64,000 bases of DNA from Terriglobia bacterium (GTDB lineage Bacteria > Acidobacteriota > Terriglobia > 20CM-2-55-15), in assembly GCA_963664115.2 (NCBI GenBank), contig CAXWPJ010000001.1, positions 32,001-96,000 on the forward strand, given 5' to 3'. The position numbers and the translations under genes were made by a program. The notes beneath the pieces are model-generated. The model was not told the DNA's origin, did not search any database, and worked only from the letters and a program-made list of their open reading frames with translations. This document shows, piece after piece, positions 47,649 through 58,329 of this stretch (position 1 is the first letter of the stretch; every line of letters begins with the position of its first letter).

Positions 47649-49147
47649 TGGATAGAATGGATAGAGCAGGATCGCATATCAGTTTGAACGAAGCGCTCCT
47701 GTTCGAAGAGAGCGCACCCGGTCGACGGGCCTTCGACCTTCCCCCGCTAGACATCCCCGAACGCGACATGGACTCGCTGATACCGCCCGAATTGTGCCGC
47801 AGCAGTCTCGAGGGTATGCCCGAACTCAGTGAAAGCGACGTCGTGCGCCACTTCACACGCCTGTCGACCTGGAACTACAGCATTGATCTGGGTTTGTATC
47901 CCCTGGGTTCGTGCACGATGAAGTACAATCCCCGGATCAACGAATGCGTCGCCCGGCTCAGTGGCTTTACTGCGGCGCATCCCTACATGCCCCCGGAGTT
48001 CGTTCAGGGTGCACTCCATATTCAAAAAACTCTCGAAGACTGTCTGGCCGAAATTACGGGCATGCAAGCAGTCACTTTACAGCCCGCTGCTGGAGCCCAT
48101 GGTGAGCTGACGGGACTGCTGCTGATCCGGGCCTATCACGAAGCCCAGGGAAATCCCCGGAGGACTATTCTCGTTCCGGATTCCGCCCACGGCACAAATC
48201 CGGCCAGTGTTGCGATATCGGGATATGAGTCTCTACAGGTTCAGAGCGGTGAGGACGGTACCCTGGATCTGGATCACCTGGAAGCTCTGGTCGATGAAGA
48301 TGTGGCGGCCATCATGATCACGAATCCCAATACATTGGGGATTTTTGAACGCGAAATCGAAAGAATCACCGCGCTGCTTCACGCCAACGGCGCATTGGTT
48401 TACATGGACGGTGCAAATATGAACGCCATGATGGGGGTGACCCGTCCGGGAGATTTCGGTGTTGACGTATTGCATCTCAACCTGCACAAGACCTTTACGA
48501 CACCGCATGGTGGCGGCGGACCCGGAAGCGGTCCGGTTGCGGTCGGGGCGCGGCTGGAGCCTTTTTTACCGAAGCCAATCATTGTAAGACACCCGGACGG
48601 TACGTATAGCGTTGATCTGGACCGCCCTCAGTCGATCGGAAGAGTCAAGGCTTTCGCTGGCCAGTTCGGTATGCATGTGCGCGCCCTGGCCTATATCCTG
48701 GCCAACGGAGGCGAAGGACTGCGCGAGACGTCGGAAACGGCGGTTCTGAACGCCAACTATTTACGGAAGAAGCTGGAAGGCCGGTATCATCTGCCCTATA
48801 GCGGGCGATCGCTACACGAGGTTGTCTTCTCAGACCTCTATCAGAGAAAGAATGGCGTACGGGTTGGGGATATCGGGAAGAGGCTGATGGACTACGGATT
48901 CCACCCGCCTACGGTCTCGTTTCCACTGATCGTGTCCGGCGCGATCATGATCGAACCGACGGAAACCGAAAGCCGGCAGGAGCTGGATGCGTTCATTGAG
49001 GCCATGCTTCAGATCGCCGACGAAGCGGAGACCGACCCCGAGAAAGTCAAAACGGCTCCCCACAGCACGCGTATAGGACGCATCGACGAGGCAGCTGCGG
49101 CACGCAGACCCGTTCTTCGGTGGCAACCGGGCGTCGACGAGAAATGA
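47648..49147 (+). CDS. gcvPB: Glycine dehydrogenase subunit 2
   Basis: PLGSCTMKYNP, SAHGTNPAS, HLNLHKTFTTPHGGGGPG, IEPTETE. Confidence 0.95.
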   Translation: MDRMDRAGSHISLNEALLFEESAPGRRAFDLPPLDIPERDMDSLIPPELCRSSLEGMPELSESDVVRHFTRLSTWNYSIDLGLYPLGSCTMKYNPRINECVARLSGFTAAHPYMPPEFVQGALHIQKTLEDCLAEITGMQAVTLQPAAGAHGELTGLLLIRAYHEAQGNPRRTILVPDSAHGTNPASVAISGYESLQVQSGEDGTLDLDHLEALVDEDVAAIMITNPNTLGIFEREIERITALLHANGALVYMDGANMNAMMGVTRPGDFGVDVLHLNLHKTFTTPHGGGGPGSGPVAVGARLEPFLPKPIIVRHPDGTYSVDLDRPQSIGRVKAFAGQFGMHVRALAYILANGGEGLRETSETAVLNANYLRKKLEGRYHLPYSGRSLHEVVFSDLYQRKNGVRVGDIGKRLMDYGFHPPTVSFPLIVSGAIMIEPTETESRQELDAFIEAMLQIADEAETDPEKVKTAPHSTRIGRIDEAAAARRPVLRWQPGVDEK

Positions 49148-49256
49148 ACGGGTACTGAAGCCCCGACATTACGGTCTCCCTCACCTCGTCACCCTCAAAC
49201 CAACCCGCCCAGTTGACTTTATAAAGCATTAGAAGAGAGAGTAGGCAGGAGTTCCA

Positions 49257-51710
49257 ATGGCTCGCGTTCAGGAGAACCCAGTGCCCAAATCAGAGTCGGA
49301 CGGAAAGTTGCTGCCCCTGCTGGTCGTTTTGTTTATTGGTAGCGGGTGCGCCGCACTCATCTACGAGGTGGTCTGGTTTCAGTTGCTGTCGCTCGTGATC
49401 GGAGCGTCGTCGGTCTCGCTCGGAGTGCTGTTGGGCACTTTTATGGGTGGTATGTGCCTGGGAAGTATTCTCCTTCCCCGCCTGATTTCTTCCAGGCACC
49501 ACCCATTGCGCGTCTATGCCTTCATGGAATTGGGCATCGGCGTGATTGGCGTCGGCATTCTCTACGCAATGCCTTTGATCGGCGGAGTTTACAGTGCGTG
49601 GGCAGGATCCGGACCGCTGGGCATGTTCGTGAGGGCGCTGGTTGCGGCGATCTGCCTCCTTCCGCCCACGATCCTCATGGGTGCTACGCTCCCGGCGATT
49701 GCACGCTGGATCGAAACGACCCCGCGGGGCGTTTCCTGGCTCGGCTTCTTTTACGCCGGCAATATCGGTGGCGCCGTTGTCGGGAGTGTGCTGGCTGGCT
49801 TCTACCTGTTGCGTATCTACGACGTAGCGGTCGCAACGTCTGTTGCTGTGACGATCAACTTCGCGGTGGCCGGGTTGAGCTTGATATTCGCGAAGCGGAC
49901 GCCCTATGAGGAGCATCCCCCGCTCGAGTTGAGCCGCGCCCGAGCCAGGGCGGATTGGCCGGTATATGTGACGATCGCACTGTCGGGCATGACAGCCTTA
50001 GCCGCCGAAGTGATCTGGACCCGGCATCTGTCCATTCTGTTTGGCGCGACCGTGTACACCTTCGCTCTCATTCTGGCCGTCTTTCTCATGGGGCTTGGCA
50101 TCGGGAGCAGCGCGGGGTCTCTTGCGGGCCGGGCACTCAAGGCCCCACGGGTGGCTTTGGGCGTATGTCAGTTTCTTCTCTGTGGGGGAATCGCCTGGGC
50201 GGCATATTCCATCTCAGAATTTCTGCCGTACTGGCCTCTCGATGTGACGCTTGATTCGACCCCGTGGGTCACGCTTCAGTTGGACCTCATCCGGGCTGTC
50301 TGGACCCTGTTGCCTCCCGCCATACTCTGGGGGGCGAGCTTTCCGCTGGCACTTGCCGCTGCGGCCGGAGCCGGGGGCGACCCCGGCCGGCTTGTGGGTG
50401 GACTCTACGCAGCCAACACGGTGGGTGCGATCGTGGGATCCCTGGGCGCCAGTTTGATCCTGGTCGTTGCGATCGGGAGCCAGCATGCCCAGCAGCTCTT
50501 GATTTTCGCTTCTGCGGTGTCCGGACTGCTGATGCTGGGGCCGATTATGCTGTCGCGACTTCGGGATGCCGGTTTCGATTTTCGGAAATTGACTACCGCG
50601 GTATTCGCTTCCCTGGCGGTTGCCGGATTGATCGCCAGCGTGCCGGCCATTCCGGGTGAGTTCGTCGCTTATGGCCGCTTCTTGCCGACGCGCGGCGCGG
50701 GCACTGAAGTGATTTATATGGGTGAAGGCCTCACGGCATCGGTTGCCGTGACGCGTCATCCGAGTGGCATTTTGAACTACCACAACGCGGGTAAGGTTCA
50801 GGCCTCGAGCTACGCACCAGACATGCGGCTTCAACGCATGCTGGGGCATCTGGTAACGCTGGCCCCGGAGAACAACGCCTCATTCCTGGTAATCGGATTG
50901 GGCGCCGGTGTGACCGCCGGAGCTGTCAGTATCGACCCTCAGGCCGAACGCGTTGTCATTGCCGAGATCGAGCCGCTCGTACCTCGAGTGGTCTCCGAGC
51001 ATTTCGGGGAGTACAACTTCAACGTTGTCGATAACCCGAAGGTCGATATCCGCATCGATGACGGGCGGCACTTTTTGCTGACGACAGATGAGACCTTCGA
51101 CGGGATAACCTCCGATCCCCTCGATCCCTGGGTTAAAGGTGCCGCCGCGCTCTACACCGAAGAGTTCTGGGCACTGGTCAAGTCGCATCTCAATCCTGGG
51201 GGCGTCGTGACCGTATTCGTCCAACTTTACGAAAGCACGGAAGAAGCGGTGAAGAGTGAAGTTGCCACGTTTCTGGAAGTTTTTCCCAACGGTGCAGTGT
51301 TCGCGAACACGATCGATGGTTCGGGCTATGACCTGGTCCTGTTCGGACAGGCGGATCCTCGGTTCACCATCGATATCGGGCGCATGGACCGCCGTTTGGA
51401 ACGTCCGGAATATGCACAGGTGAGGGCATCACTGCGCGAAGTGGGGCTCTCGTCCATCCTCGATCTGCTGGGTACCTACTCGGGTCAGGCCAGCGATCTG
51501 TCCGGATGGCTCGAAGACGCAGCCATCAATCGGGATCGCAATCTCCGTTTGCAGTACCTGGCGGGCATGGGATTGAACCTGTACCGCGCCGATGTCATCT
51601 TCAGGAACATGGTGGCGGGGGGTGTGCGCTTTCCTGAGCAATTATTCGCCGGCCCCAGGGCGTCGTTAGAGGAATTGGAGCGAATCGTTCGGCTTCGGGT
51701 GGGTCCCTGA
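49257..51710 (+). CDS. Membrane-fused spermidine synthase-like (polytopic TM plus SAM-binding) protein
   Basis: Duplicated multi-TM region (SG..ALIYEVVW / SG..ALAAEVIW), then IGLGAGVTAG, EIEP, DDGR, DPLDP, LNPGG. Confidence 0.82.
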   Translation: MARVQENPVPKSESDGKLLPLLVVLFIGSGCAALIYEVVWFQLLSLVIGASSVSLGVLLGTFMGGMCLGSILLPRLISSRHHPLRVYAFMELGIGVIGVGILYAMPLIGGVYSAWAGSGPLGMFVRALVAAICLLPPTILMGATLPAIARWIETTPRGVSWLGFFYAGNIGGAVVGSVLAGFYLLRIYDVAVATSVAVTINFAVAGLSLIFAKRTPYEEHPPLELSRARARADWPVYVTIALSGMTALAAEVIWTRHLSILFGATVYTFALILAVFLMGLGIGSSAGSLAGRALKAPRVALGVCQFLLCGGIAWAAYSISEFLPYWPLDVTLDSTPWVTLQLDLIRAVWTLLPPAILWGASFPLALAAAAGAGGDPGRLVGGLYAANTVGAIVGSLGASLILVVAIGSQHAQQLLIFASAVSGLLMLGPIMLSRLRDAGFDFRKLTTAVFASLAVAGLIASVPAIPGEFVAYGRFLPTRGAGTEVIYMGEGLTASVAVTRHPSGILNYHNAGKVQASSYAPDMRLQRMLGHLVTLAPENNASFLVIGLGAGVTAGAVSIDPQAERVVIAEIEPLVPRVVSEHFGEYNFNVVDNPKVDIRIDDGRHFLLTTDETFDGITSDPLDPWVKGAAALYTEEFWALVKSHLNPGGVVTVFVQLYESTEEAVKSEVATFLEVFPNGAVFANTIDGSGYDLVLFGQADPRFTIDIGRMDRRLERPEYAQVRASLREVGLSSILDLLGTYSGQASDLSGWLEDAAINRDRNLRLQYLAGMGLNLYRADVIFRNMVAGGVRFPEQLFAGPRASLEELERIVRLRVGP

Positions 51711-51756
51711 GACTAAGCTCACTCAGCTGTTGAACTTCAGCCTTCCCATTTCCCCA

Positions 51757-52452
51757 TCAAGCCTGGCCTTCCACCCACACCTCCCCGTCTTCGAAGTGCT
51801 CCTTTTTCCAGATCGGAACGATTTGCTTGAGGCGGTCGATCGCGTAGTGACAGGCGTCGAATGCGGCCCGGCGATGAGCGGAGGTCACGATCACAGCTAC
51901 GGAGGCTTCACCAATTTCCAATCGACCCAGGCGATGAACAATAGCGATGGAATCGATATCCCATGTGTTGCGGACGCGTTGACCGATCTCCCCCAGAGTC
52001 TTGAGCGCCATCCCTTCATAGGCTTCATAGATCAGGTACTGGGTCGACTTCCCTTTCGACTCATTTCTAACCACGCCTTCGAACACACAGATTGCGCCAT
52101 CTGCGTCGCGCAACAATTCGCGGGAAATCTTCCCGGCATCGATGGGGTCATGGGTGATTTCGTAGAACTCGTGCGGGCTCGAATGCTTTAAAGAGTTACC
52201 TGGGGTTCCACCCCCGCTCACGGGCGGGAAAAGCGCGATCTCATCCCCGTCTCTCACGGTTTGGGATCGGTCGGCGTACTCTTCGTTTACCGCCGTCAAC
52301 AGGAGAGAGCGATAGTCCTTGAGACCGGGATAGCTGGATTCGAGTTGTTCGAGAATCTCCCCCAGTGCCGTGTCATCGTCAACATCGAGGGTGAGCTTTC
52401 TGGATCCGACGATATCCGCCAGTGAAGCAAACAAAAGAACCTTGATCCGCAC
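51757..52452 (-). CDS. moaE: Fused molybdopterin synthase MoaD-MoaE
   Basis: N-terminal VLLFASL...AVNEEY...FPPVSGG (MoaD), then GAICVFEGVVR, YEAY, HRLG, SAHRRAAF, PIWKKE (MoaE). Confidence 0.9.
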   Translation of the reverse strand: MRIKVLLFASLADIVGSRKLTLDVDDDTALGEILEQLESSYPGLKDYRSLLLTAVNEEYADRSQTVRDGDEIALFPPVSGGGTPGNSLKHSSPHEFYEITHDPIDAGKISRELLRDADGAICVFEGVVRNESKGKSTQYLIYEAYEGMALKTLGEIGQRVRNTWDIDSIAIVHRLGRLEIGEASVAVIVTSAHRRAAFDACHYAIDRLKQIVPIWKKEHFEDGEVWVEGQA

Positions 52453-52596
52453 TCGACTCCTCGGTATTCGAGAGGATGCTGAAACAGCGGGTCCCGTCAT
52501 TTGAAAGTGACCCACAGACGGCTATTAGCTGCCATTTAACGCGTTCGGCCTGAATTGGATTGGATCATATCACAACGTGATAGACTCGTATTCTTG

Positions 52597-53181
52597 ATGA
52601 AATACGCGGGTTTTATGGCTCTGATAACGGTTCTCCTTGCTGCGGTCAGCGGCTGTGGTCCCGGCTTGTCGGCCCGCAACGCGCGTTCCCAGATTGCCCG
52701 CCTGGGAGCGGCCGAGCTTGTACCCTCAGACGTTGCCATCGAACGGATCATCACGGAGGCCGGAGACCGCATGATCGCGGAGACCACGGTCAAGATGGCC
52801 TTTCAATTCGAGAGAGGCGAAGACGGAGAGTGGCAGATCGTGTCGGCGCGGCTGGGTGACCGTCAGTGGATCGATCTCGCAACATTCCTCACAGCTCTGG
52901 AGTCTCAGTTTGAGGATCAAACCTCGGATGCGATGGAGAGGCTGGCACTCGCCGTGGACGCATACCGGGATGAAAACGGCAGTCTTCCTGAAATCGCGCC
53001 GGATGACTACTTGTCGGATGTCTTACACCCACTCTTCATGCCGGACTTGATCCGGGACGATGCCTGGGGCAGCACAATTCGTTACGAGACGGACAACGGA
53101 AGTTATCAGCTCCGTTCTTCCGGGCCTGACGGTGTGGTGGGCAGCGCGGATGACATCATGGTGAGCCCAGCATTCAACTGA
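52597..53181 (+). CDS. Lipoprotein with C-terminal GspG/T2SSG-like domain
   Basis: Lipobox VSGC; DAWGSTIRY...LRSSGPDGVVGSADDI. Confidence 0.7.
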   Translation: MKYAGFMALITVLLAAVSGCGPGLSARNARSQIARLGAAELVPSDVAIERIITEAGDRMIAETTVKMAFQFERGEDGEWQIVSARLGDRQWIDLATFLTALESQFEDQTSDAMERLALAVDAYRDENGSLPEIAPDDYLSDVLHPLFMPDLIRDDAWGSTIRYETDNGSYQLRSSGPDGVVGSADDIMVSPAFN

Positions 53182-53222
53182 CCGAAAAAACGACCCTTCC
53201 GGCGTGCTAGTATTATCTTCAT

Positions 53223-53816
53223 ATGGCAATTCGTAAAGTGGCGGAGGCGGCGCTGCCGACGAAATTCGGTACGTTCCGAATATTCGGTTTCGAGGACAAA
53301 CCCGGCAACGAAAGCATCATAGCCCTGGTCATGGGCACACCCTGGACCCAACCGTCAGCGCTGGTCCGCATCCACTCCCAATGTCTCACCGGTGAGAACT
53401 TTTCTTCCTCACGGTGCGACTGCGGTGACCAACTCGAACTTGCCCTTCAGAGAATTTCCGAAGAGGGCGAGGGCGTTCTGATCTACCAGTTGGCTGAGGG
53501 TCGAGGGATCGGCCTCATGAACAAACTGCTGGCCTACGAACTGCAGGACTCCGGCCATGATACGGTCGAAGCCAATCACCAGTTGGGATTTGAAGCTGAC
53601 GTGCGTTCCTATACGCTGTGCGTGGCGGTTTTAAACGAGTTCGATATCCGAAGAATACGGCTGATGTCCAACAATCCGCGTAAGCTCGAGGCCCTGCAAA
53701 AGGCCGGCATCGAACAGGTCGAGCGTGTAGCTATCGAAATCTCGCCTTCAAACACGACCGAACATTACCTGCGGACAAAAAAAGACAAGCTCGGACACCT
53801 GTTGCGCAAAGTTTAA
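53223..53816 (+). CDS. ribA: GTP cyclohydrolase II
   Basis: VRIHSQCLTG, RCDC, EGRGIGL, MSNNPRK, YLRTKKDKLGH. Confidence 0.95.
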   Translation: MAIRKVAEAALPTKFGTFRIFGFEDKPGNESIIALVMGTPWTQPSALVRIHSQCLTGENFSSSRCDCGDQLELALQRISEEGEGVLIYQLAEGRGIGLMNKLLAYELQDSGHDTVEANHQLGFEADVRSYTLCVAVLNEFDIRRIRLMSNNPRKLEALQKAGIEQVERVAIEISPSNTTEHYLRTKKDKLGHLLRKV

Positions 53817-53839
53817 TTCCCTGCCGTAAGCGGACCCTG

Positions 53840-55174
53840 TCACCAGGAGATATTTTTGAGGCGAGCGGCGATCGTTGCGGCTCGGGATACCAGTTCCGAG
53901 GCGTCCCGGTCCACGCGCCTGCCGCCCAGAAAAGTAGCGACGACATTATTCCGGTTCGCCGAATAGACCATCGTCGCCACGGGATCGTAGACGGGTTGTA
54001 GCGCGGGGTCGTTCAGATCCACGACCGCCATGTCAGCCAGCTTGCCCCGCTCCAGGCTGCCGACATCCTTTTCCATGCCCAGAGCCCGGGCACCTCCGAG
54101 TGTCGCCAGATGGAGTGCCTCGGACGCACTGATCGGCATTGAGTCGATGGAGTTGCCTGCTCGCGTTCTCTGAAGAAAGGCAGCGGTACGCATCTCTTCA
54201 AACATGTCGACGGCGTTGTTGCTTGCCACGCTGTCGGTTCCGAGACCGACAGCGATATTGGATTCAAGGAATTCTTTCAATGGAGCGATCTGGTGGCCCA
54301 GTTTCAGGTTCGACTTCGGACAATGGGCAATTCCAACGCCGTTCTTTTTGAGCCGGGCGACATCGTCTGCGTCGCAATCGATGGCATGAATCACAAGCGT
54401 TCCGGTCCCCAGCACCTCCAAACTGTCGAGATAGGCAATAGGAGTCATTCCCCGAGCGGACACGGGTATGCCGCGGCCTTTCAGAAATTCGGCAAACGGA
54501 CCGGTGCCCTTGCGGACGAATTCTCCTTCGGCCGCCGACTCCGCCAGATGGACGGCGATGGGAAGATTCTCTCTGGCGGCGTATCGTCTGACTTGTTGAT
54601 ACAGGCCGGCGGATACCGTGAAGGGCGCGTGGGGAGAAACTCCGATGCGGCATGTAGGTGAGGCCTGGTGGCGAAGCGTGTCGACTTTCTCTTCGAGCGC
54701 TTCGAGTGCCTCAGATGCGGAAGCTTCAGCCGGACCGAAAACTTCCTGATAGGCCACGCCCCGTAGACCCGATCGGGTCATGGCGTTCCAGCCGGCACCG
54801 ACATCGGTCACCTCGCCGACTGTTGTCACTCCGGCCCGTAGGCACTCGAGGGCACCGAGTTCGGCTGAGATCCTAAGATCCTCGTCACTGAGATGATCGT
54901 ATTTCGCGCGAGTGAGGCGGCGTATCCATTCGAAAAACGGAAGGTTCTCAAGGAATCCCCGCAAGACGGTGAGTTCCAGATGGATGTGGGTGTTGACGAA
55001 ACCCGGCAAAATGGCGCAACCGTCGAAGGACTCCACGGATATTCCGTCCGGCACGGTTGCCACGACATCCACAATGCGGGTCCCATCGATCAGGACGGCG
55101 CCATCCGGGACCGGGGGGCTCGCCACAGGACAGATCCAATCGGCGCGAATAGCCTGAATGCGGGAGTTGGGCAT
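53840..55174 (-). CDS. Amidohydrolase (MTA/SAH deaminase-like)
   Basis: NTHIHLE, SPHAPF, HLAES, H, HCPKSN, LGTDS. Confidence 0.88.
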   Translation of the reverse strand: MPNSRIQAIRADWICPVASPPVPDGAVLIDGTRIVDVVATVPDGISVESFDGCAILPGFVNTHIHLELTVLRGFLENLPFFEWIRRLTRAKYDHLSDEDLRISAELGALECLRAGVTTVGEVTDVGAGWNAMTRSGLRGVAYQEVFGPAEASASEALEALEEKVDTLRHQASPTCRIGVSPHAPFTVSAGLYQQVRRYAARENLPIAVHLAESAAEGEFVRKGTGPFAEFLKGRGIPVSARGMTPIAYLDSLEVLGTGTLVIHAIDCDADDVARLKKNGVGIAHCPKSNLKLGHQIAPLKEFLESNIAVGLGTDSVASNNAVDMFEEMRTAAFLQRTRAGNSIDSMPISASEALHLATLGGARALGMEKDVGSLERGKLADMAVVDLNDPALQPVYDPVATMVYSANRNNVVATFLGGRRVDRDASELVSRAATIAARLKNISW

Positions 55175-55185
55175 GAGCGCCGGGT

Positions 55186-55989
55186 CTACTTGCCCTTCTT
55201 CTTGGCCTGTTGCCAGAGAGATTCCATTTCTTCAAGGGACCATTCGGAACGGGCCTTACCTGCTCGAACCAGCGCCTGTTCCACGTACTCGAACCGAGAC
55301 CGGAATTTTCGATTTGCGCTCTTGAGCGCCGACTCGCTATCCAATTCCAGAAATCGCGCGATGTTGACCAGTACGAAGAAGGTGTCACCCAGTTCACTCT
55401 CGATGGCATCACGATGCGTTGCACCGTCAGTCCGCGCTATCTCATCCCTCAGTTCCTGAATTTCTTCCTGAAGCTTGTCGAATACGGCATCGATTTCGGG
55501 CCATTCAAAGCCCGCACGGGCCACCCGGGAAGAAATTTTGTGTGCTTCGTGCAGTGCGGGAAGCTTTCGCGGAATCCCGTCGAGCAGGGCGGGCGAATCC
55601 CCGGCTCCTTTGCTAGCTTTTTCCTGACGCTTGATAGCCTCCCAGTTGTCCACAACGTCACGGGCACTTGTGGCTTCTTCATCGCCAAACACGTGGGGAT
55701 GTCGCCGGATCAGCTTTTCCGAAATGCTGTCAATGACATCATCAATTTGAAATCGACCCAGTTCCTCTCCCAGGCGCGCATGGAAGACCACATGTAACAG
55801 TAGATCTCCGAGTTCTTCGGCCAGACCCTGATAGTCCTCCGCATCGATCGCTTCGAGGACTTCATAGACTTCTTCAACAAGCATCGGTTTCAAAGACTTG
55901 AAATCCTGCTCCCGGTCCCAGGGACAGCCGTCAGGACCCCTCAGCCTGGCCATAATCTGAACCAGCCCTTCAAACTTGCCGCCCGTCAT
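55186..55989 (-). CDS. mazG: Nucleoside triphosphate pyrophosphohydrolase
   Basis: GCPWDREQ, EEVYE, EELGDLL, RRHPHVF, second ELGD. Confidence 0.95.
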   Translation of the reverse strand: MTGGKFEGLVQIMARLRGPDGCPWDREQDFKSLKPMLVEEVYEVLEAIDAEDYQGLAEELGDLLLHVVFHARLGEELGRFQIDDVIDSISEKLIRRHPHVFGDEEATSARDVVDNWEAIKRQEKASKGAGDSPALLDGIPRKLPALHEAHKISSRVARAGFEWPEIDAVFDKLQEEIQELRDEIARTDGATHRDAIESELGDTFFVLVNIARFLELDSESALKSANRKFRSRFEYVEQALVRAGKARSEWSLEEMESLWQQAKKKGK

Positions 55990-56372
55990 CCTGCCTCCCT
56001 GTAAAAGTGGTTATTATAACGTCATCCAATAGATTGAATGACTTATCTGGCCCTCGGTGTGGATAAAATGCGGATAGGGCCCGGCAGCGGAAGATCGAAG
56101 TGCAGAAACGCATTTGAAATTTCGTTTTCACCGCCTCCGCGACTTTCCGTCGCCCTTTCGCCCCACAGCCGCAGAACGCGACAGCTAAACGATTCTTCCG
56201 ATCCTCGGCTGCGATTGGCGATTTCCCCTCTGTCCTCCAGTATCTTTTTGTGATCGACATCACGGAAGACAATAGGCTATAAACGGATCACGAGACCGCG
56301 TCACAATCCTGGCCTGTGCTTTTTTGGCACATTCAGAAAGAAAGGCGCAGGTTGCCGTGAGGAGTCCACACG

Positions 56373-56957
56373 ATGAAAATGAATCTAGTTGCCCGGTGCC
56401 TGTGTCTAGCAAGCGCTCTTCTAATGATTTCATCCACGACGAATGCCCAGACGCCAACGAGTGGGGGACGAAGAACCGAGTTGGAATATCTGGAGAGAGG
56501 TTTCGATCTGCCGGGAATCGATGTGCCAAGAGAACCCGAGCTGTTCTGGGAAACACCCGAAGGAAAGCTCAGGTACGAACAGAATCAAGCGGAACGACTC
56601 GCGGAGAACACAGAGCAGCTGGCGGAGCTGGGGAAAGAAGACTGGACCGGTCAATATGATTCGCTGTCAGACACTCGGACTCGCCAAGACTTCGAGAATC
56701 GGACAGAAGTTTTAGAGAACGTCGCCGACGACATGAGCAAATACTTCGAGTGGAAGTTTGACGCGGAGCCCGTCGAAGTTGACGCACCTTCCGAGGAAGG
56801 ACTTAGAGATCAATTGGTGCAGATCACTCCGATGGTGGAGCAGATAGTGGAAACAATCTCGACGTTGGCAAGCGGTGGCATTAATGTTCAAGAGTTCGTT
56901 GCAATGCGGAGAAACCTTGCTTACATACACGCGCTCGCCCAGGTTTTGCGCGACTGA
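56373..56957 (+). CDS. Secreted acidic helical hypothetical protein
   Basis: Signal peptide ending TNA-Q; Glu-rich, helical-looking; no recognisable motif. Confidence 0.6.
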   Translation: MKMNLVARCLCLASALLMISSTTNAQTPTSGGRRTELEYLERGFDLPGIDVPREPELFWETPEGKLRYEQNQAERLAENTEQLAELGKEDWTGQYDSLSDTRTRQDFENRTEVLENVADDMSKYFEWKFDAEPVEVDAPSEEGLRDQLVQITPMVEQIVETISTLASGGINVQEFVAMRRNLAYIHALAQVLRD

Positions 56958-57264
56958 GACTGACGTAATCAATTACAAGTTCTGATACGGGAGAAAATCA
57001 TTTCGTCGCCCTTCCCGCGACAGCAACGCCAAAGCAACAGCTGCCCCTCACCCCCGGGCAGGCGTCTGCGGTTGGCACTCTACGCATATAGCTGCAATCA
57101 CGCCAAGCCCGGACCTATCCACGTCGATACCTATCTCAAGTTACCGGGCGCTAGCGGAGCGGCCCAGCTTGCCTCCCGACGGGCTCCGTAAACGTCGCCT
57201 CGAACAGAATGTTTGCCTGGCGGTGGCGTCTCGTAGTATGAAGGGGGCCTTTGAAGGGGGCATC

Positions 57265-58185
57265 ATGAGACACATGAATCAGACCTTGCGGCTGATGGCG
57301 GCCGGCTGGATGGTGCTGGGGCTGACCGCCGTCCAGGCGACAGCTCAGACGCCGGCAGGTGCGGAGACGTGGGCTTCGGTGGCCGCAGGCCTCGAAGATG
57401 AGCGCGGAAACGAGGAACTGCAGCGCGTTCCGCCGTTCAAGGTGTTCGACAACCTCTATTACGTGGGCGTCGGCTACACGGGAAGCTGGCTGCTCACCAC
57501 CGACGACGGGCTGATCGTGCTAGACGCGGTCGATCAGCGCTATGCGGATCACCTGATCTCGAGCATCCGGGGGCTCGGCTTCGATCCGGACGACGTCAGG
57601 TATCTGATCATCGGCCAGGCGCATGCCGACCATCTGGGCGCCGCGGCGACGCTCCAGAACGACCATGGCACCACGGTGGGTATGGGCGAGCAGGACTGGG
57701 TCTTCATGGAAGAGACGGCGGCTGCGGGCCGTTTGAGGGCGGACGCGCCGAGCCGGGACCTCGTGATTCGTGAAGGGGACACGCTGACTTTGGGAGGCAC
57801 GACGCTGCGGTTCTACTCGACCCCCGGTCACACGCCGGGCACGACCTCCTACGAGTTCCCGGTCTACGACAATGGAACGGAGCACCTGGCGTTCGTGTTT
57901 GGAGGCTCGGCGCCGGCCAGAGGCCTGGAGGCGGCCGAGCAGTTCATGAAGACGGTGGAGCGGATCGAGCAGCTGCAGGACCGCGTTGAGGTCAGCGTGG
58001 TGAATCACCCGTGGCGCCAAATGGATCCCGAATTCTGGAATCGCGTCGACCGGCTCCAGCACCGCCAGGCGGGCGATCCCCACCCGTTCGTTGATCCGGC
58101 GCGATTCCGAGCGTGGATAGCGGAGACGATGGTGGAAGCCACGACGGCGCTCGAGGCGGCACGCGCGGAGGGGGCCGGCGGCTAG
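57265..58185 (+). CDS. Subclass B3-like metallo-beta-lactamase-fold hydrolase, Gln116 variant
   Basis: Signal peptide; PFKVFDNLYYVG, QAHADH, TPGHTPG, NHP; higher GC than the flanks. Confidence 0.8.
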   Translation: MRHMNQTLRLMAAGWMVLGLTAVQATAQTPAGAETWASVAAGLEDERGNEELQRVPPFKVFDNLYYVGVGYTGSWLLTTDDGLIVLDAVDQRYADHLISSIRGLGFDPDDVRYLIIGQAHADHLGAAATLQNDHGTTVGMGEQDWVFMEETAAAGRLRADAPSRDLVIREGDTLTLGGTTLRFYSTPGHTPGTTSYEFPVYDNGTEHLAFVFGGSAPARGLEAAEQFMKTVERIEQLQDRVEVSVVNHPWRQMDPEFWNRVDRLQHRQAGDPHPFVDPARFRAWIAETMVEATTALEAARAEGAGG

Positions 58186-58329
58186 CTCCGGCGTTGTTGC
58201 TTGGCAGCCTGGCGAGGCGCTGCACCTCGGCGGGTGCTGCGATCAGAGAATCGAGGGCCTGGACCACTTGTCCAAGACTCTGAAATCCACTGTCAACGCC
58301 TCACAAGTCACCTTCTCGGACGTTGAGAA

